A stretch of DNA of 42,381 nt from Fidelibacterota bacterium. Lineage in GTDB: Bacteria > Fidelibacterota > Marinisomatia > Marinisomatales > Marinisomataceae. Below are positions 39,201 to 42,381 of this stretch, one piece after another. The stretch spans positions 21,982 through 64,362 of the forward strand of contig NZWP01000022.1 of the NCBI GenBank assembly GCA_002701645.1. The letters are read 5' to 3'. Position 1 is the stretch's first letter, and every line of letters starts with the position of its first letter. The notes beneath the pieces are model-generated. The model worked only from the letters and a program-made list of their open reading frames with translations, was not told the origin of the DNA and ran no database searches. Position numbers and translations under genes: made by a program.

Positions 39201-39998
39201 TTAATTATCCCAACTTCTAGTTCCGTCTATGATATACCCATGACTTCTAGTCTTTAGAGAAAAGAATCCATATCTATTATCTCTATAAGAACGAATTGGA
39301 CTTGACACTCTAACAGAGTTTGCTTCTTCGTTTATTTCGATAATATAAGGATCTCCTGTCAAAGGACATACAAGCTGAGATGCATCTGGAAGAAATACAA
39401 AGTTATAAGGGCTAGTTTCTTTTCTAAATCTTCTATCAAAATATGATATAGTTTCTACGCGCTCAAATGTTGCTTCTTTAACAACGCTTAAGAATAATGG
39501 ATCTTCTTGTATTTCAAAAAGATTTCTCTTCTGAACATATAAAGTATCTTCTAATCCAGTATCTTCAGAAAGCATTACTACGGTCACTGTTGTATCTACA
39601 ATCGTTTCTTTTGCAACTCTTCTCTGTCCAAAAGTTGTATCATATTCTACGTCAAAACCTCTAGGAACATTAACAAGAAATTCTTCGCCATTTAATTTTA
39701 CTGATTGATCTCCTAGAAATGTGGAATCTGCCATCACTGAATCTCTGACAGCGTTGACAAGTGTTACAGCTTTTAGGCCATCTTCTTCATATTTTCCTAT
39801 CAAAATATTATGAAAGTTTTCAACGTTGTATAATGCTTGCATGCGAGATCTACTTTCATTCTTATACATATCTTCTTCTTCCCATATCAGACTAGGGACA
39901 TAGATTACAAGCAAGGTAAGTAGGAACACAAAGAAAGTAATTATTTCTAAGTAGTCGTTAAAAAATTTTTGTCTGGCTTTATTCATTTTAGGCTCCAC
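39201..39998 (-). CDS. Hypothetical exported protein with pilin-like N-terminal helix (start possibly 39986)
   Basis: LEIITFFVFLLTLLVIYVP followed by an amphipathic helix; C-terminal CPLTGDPY and HGYIIDG. Confidence 0.65.
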   Translation of the reverse strand: MEPKMNKARQKFFNDYLEIITFFVFLLTLLVIYVPSLIWEEEDMYKNESRSRMQALYNVENFHNILIGKYEEDGLKAVTLVNAVRDSVMADSTFLGDQSVKLNGEEFLVNVPRGFDVEYDTTFGQRRVAKETIVDTTVTVVMLSEDTGLEDTLYVQKRNLFEIQEDPLFLSVVKEATFERVETISYFDRRFRKETSPYNFVFLPDASQLVCPLTGDPYIIEINEEANSVRVSSPIRSYRDNRYGFFSLKTRSHGYIIDGTRSWDN

Positions 39999-40032
39999 AG
40001 AATTTACAATAAATCAAGAACATAGCAATATA

Positions 40033-41115
40033 TTAATCCTCAAATTTTTCAAATTTAATGTCTTTATCTTTTTCTATTTCATAGTACTCTTTAATAATTC
40101 TTTTTTCGTCTTTAGAAAGGCTTTTAGGCACGTCTACTTGAATCTTAACAAGTTGATCTCCTCGACTTGTTTTTCCAAGCTTAGGAAACCCTTTACCTTT
40201 AATTCTTAGAATCTGACCAGGTTGAAGCCCTGAAGGAATTTTTAAGCTAGCATGGCCATTAATCGTTGGAATATCAATCTTATCCCCAAAAACAACCTGA
40301 GAATAACCAATTTTTACCTGCAATAAAACATCGTTTCCATATCTTGAAAAATGCTCATGCTCTTCTTCTTCAAAAAAAACATATAAATCGCCTGCATTAC
40401 TATTAATATCTTCATGCCCTTGTGAGTCTAAAGTCATATAATTGCCATTTTCCACTCCTACTGGAATTTTAATTTTGATTGTTTCTTCCTTTTTAATCAT
40501 ACCATTTTTATCTGCACCTGATGGAATTTTCTCAATAGTCTTTCCATATCCTTTACATTGAGGACAAACTGACGTAGATCTCATTTGACCTAAAAATGAA
40601 TTGGTGACTCTTGTTACTTGCCCTACACCATTACATACTGTACAATTAGAGAAGGTTGCCCCATCTGCCAACTTCAGTCTTTTCAGTTTAATTTTCTTTT
40701 CACCGCCATTAACAATTTCAGCATATGAGACTTCAATCTTAACCTTAACATCACCACCGCTTCTTGGCTTAGATGAAGATCTTCCTCCAGAAAAGAATGA
40801 TTCGAATGGATTTTTTCCTCCAAAAATATCTCCAAACTGATTAAAAATATCATCCATGTTCATTGAATTAAAGCCTGCTTGTCCTCCACCCATTCCATTA
40901 AATGCAGAATGACCAAATTGATCATATTGCTGTCTTTTTGACGCATCACTTAATATTGAATATGCTTCAGCGGCTTCCTTAAACTTCTTTTCAGCGTCTT
41001 TATTATCAGGATTTTTGTCTGGATGATACTTCATAGCAATCTTGCGATATGCACGCTTTATATCGTTATCATTAGAGCCTTTTGATACACCTAATATATC
41101 ATAGAAATCTTTCAT
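40033..41115 (-). CDS. dnaJ: Chaperone DnaJ
   Basis: J domain with HPD, G/F region, two CxxCxGxG motifs, C-terminal domain. Confidence 0.95.
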   Translation of the reverse strand: MKDFYDILGVSKGSNDNDIKRAYRKIAMKYHPDKNPDNKDAEKKFKEAAEAYSILSDASKRQQYDQFGHSAFNGMGGGQAGFNSMNMDDIFNQFGDIFGGKNPFESFFSGGRSSSKPRSGGDVKVKIEVSYAEIVNGGEKKIKLKRLKLADGATFSNCTVCNGVGQVTRVTNSFLGQMRSTSVCPQCKGYGKTIEKIPSGADKNGMIKKEETIKIKIPVGVENGNYMTLDSQGHEDINSNAGDLYVFFEEEEHEHFSRYGNDVLLQVKIGYSQVVFGDKIDIPTINGHASLKIPSGLQPGQILRIKGKGFPKLGKTSRGDQLVKIQVDVPKSLSKDEKRIIKEYYEIEKDKDIKFEKFED

Positions 41116-41618
41116 TTTTTATTTACCACTACTTTTGCATGCCTAACAATCAAATCTTTATATTTAAATCCTAATTCATAAACCTCTACTATCTCATCAT
41201 CTTTTTTATCTTCTAAATTAGTAGTAGTAAGCGCTTCATGTAATTCTGGATTAAAAATCTCCCCTGTTTTTCCAAATTCTTTGATTTCTTTATTATTCAT
41301 CTTTTTTAAGAAATCTTCTCTAATTAGCAATAATGCTTTCTTGGTATTTTCGTCCTTATAAGATTCAATCCCTCTATTGATATTGTCTAATATAGACAAA
41401 AAATCAAGAATAAAACTTTTACCATCATACTTAAAAAGCGCAGATATTTCAGATTCTTTTCTTTTTCGAAAATTATCAAATTCTGCTTTCAGTCTAAGCT
41501 GTTTATCCTCGAGAGATTTAATGACATCTTCTAAATCTTTTTTTGTCATTCTCTTCTTTGGAGCAACTTTTACGCGAGCAGAAGAACTACCTGACCCATT
41601 TTTTACTTTTTTGCTCAT
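41112..41618 (-). CDS. grpE: Nucleotide exchange factor GrpE
   Basis: LRLKAEFDNFRKR, FNPELHEAL, GFKY...IVRHAKVVV. Confidence 0.95.
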   Translation of the reverse strand: MSKKVKNGSGSSSARVKVAPKKRMTKKDLEDVIKSLEDKQLRLKAEFDNFRKRKESEISALFKYDGKSFILDFLSILDNINRGIESYKDENTKKALLLIREDFLKKMNNKEIKEFGKTGEIFNPELHEALTTTNLEDKKDDEIVEVYELGFKYKDLIVRHAKVVVNKK

Positions 41619-42381
41619 AATAATATCCTCTTCATTGCTTTATTGGATGCATAAATACCTATTATTAAAGATAAGCCAATCATCCAAACCCATAAAAAAT
41701 TATCAATTTGTATATTCAAATTGAAGTAGGAATTTATTACAATGAAACTATAATTCACTAATAAAAATGCAATAAGTGATCCTATGATAGATTGCAATAT
41801 TGATTCAATAAAGAAAGGTATCTTAATAAACATATTTGATGCACCATTGTATTGTAATATTTCAATAAAATCACTTCGATTGGACATAGAAAGTTTGACC
41901 GTATTTGATATCATTTGAATTGAAATAAAAACAATTGCAATTACGAGTATCAGAAAAAAGAAAATAAAAAGATTAATTTTATCCTCAATATTATCAATAT
42001 AAACACCTCGATACTCTATACTATCTACAAAATCATACTTTTCTATTTCACTAATTAATAATTCTATCTTATTCAAATCAAAGTTGCTTTTTTCTAGCGA
42101 AACTTTTAATGACATTGGAAGAGGATTGTATCCCAACATATCTACAACATCCTCTCCAAACTCTTCTAAAAAAATATCTGCAGATTTATCTTTATCAATC
42201 AATACAATAGAAGATATAACAGGGTTTGATTCTAACTGCTTAATTATAGCATTAGATTGATCTAAGTCTACCTTCTCTTGTAAAAAAACCTCAAAAGTAT
42301 ACTTTGAACGAAAAAAATTAATAAGACTGTCTGTATTAAATCCAGCAATAAAGAAAGTTCCAAGAATGGTAAAATTGATTA
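41615..42381 (-). CDS. ftsX: Cell division permease FtsX (5' end outside the window)
   Basis: The frame stays open upstream of 42202 to the window edge (...FRSKYTFEVFL...); motifs NPLP, ISNTVKLSM...GAS...IKIPFFIE. Confidence 0.85.
   Translation of the reverse strand, partial: INFTILGTFFIAGFNTDSLINFFRSKYTFEVFLQEKVDLDQSNAIIKQLESNPVISSIVLIDKDKSADIFLEEFGEDVVDMLGYNPLPMSLKVSLEKSNFDLNKIELLISEIEKYDFVDSIEYRGVYIDNIEDKINLFIFFFLILVIAIVFISIQMISNTVKLSMSNRSDFIEILQYNGASNMFIKIPFFIESILQSIIGSLIAFLLVNYSFIVINSYFNLNIQIDNFLWVWMIGLSLIIGIYASNKAMKRILL

Overview
AT-rich, gene-dense bacterial chromosome segment. Gene content and style suggest a streamlined FCB-superphylum marine lineage such as Marinimicrobia/SAR406 (inference only). 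Left to right: (1) a DUF2207-like gene cut by the window edge, a repeat-rich intergenic region and tRNA-Val(GAC). (2) A long, tightly packed minus-strand run (20907 to 2253) of mostly housekeeping genes (TPR lipoprotein, pyrD, rlpA, lipid kinase, cdsA, lat, rsmI, tmk, S41 protease, ILVBL-like ThDP enzyme, SDR). Embedded in it is the best candidate for an undescribed system: a translationally coupled seven-gene module (9622-16234) with a GlmL/MutL-family ASKHA ATPase that has no B12 mutase partner in the window, a barrel-sandwich/KOW protein, a 90-aa protein and four membrane proteins, followed by L-lysine 6-transaminase. (3) bolA, a thioredoxin-like protein, a CPBP protease and an amidase. (4) A plus-strand permease / Tat-exported GH109 / SSS symporter / GHMP kinase cluster, probably for GalNAc scavenging. 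(5) An accessory island downstream of tRNA-Ser(GCT): an integrase-free 813-bp cassette bounded by a 52-bp tRNA 3' duplication with a dif-like junction, acidic orphan proteins, a Nudix hydrolase, a possible CC1-like DNA-binding protein, and a Cas4-like/DEDD (DUF2779) nuclease broken by one in-frame TAA. (6) Core genes obgE, icd, coaD, rsmD, two pilus-like hypotheticals, dnaJ, grpE and ftsX (partial). No CRISPR array, rRNA, transposase or integrase was seen. All family assignments come from motif recognition, not database searches.
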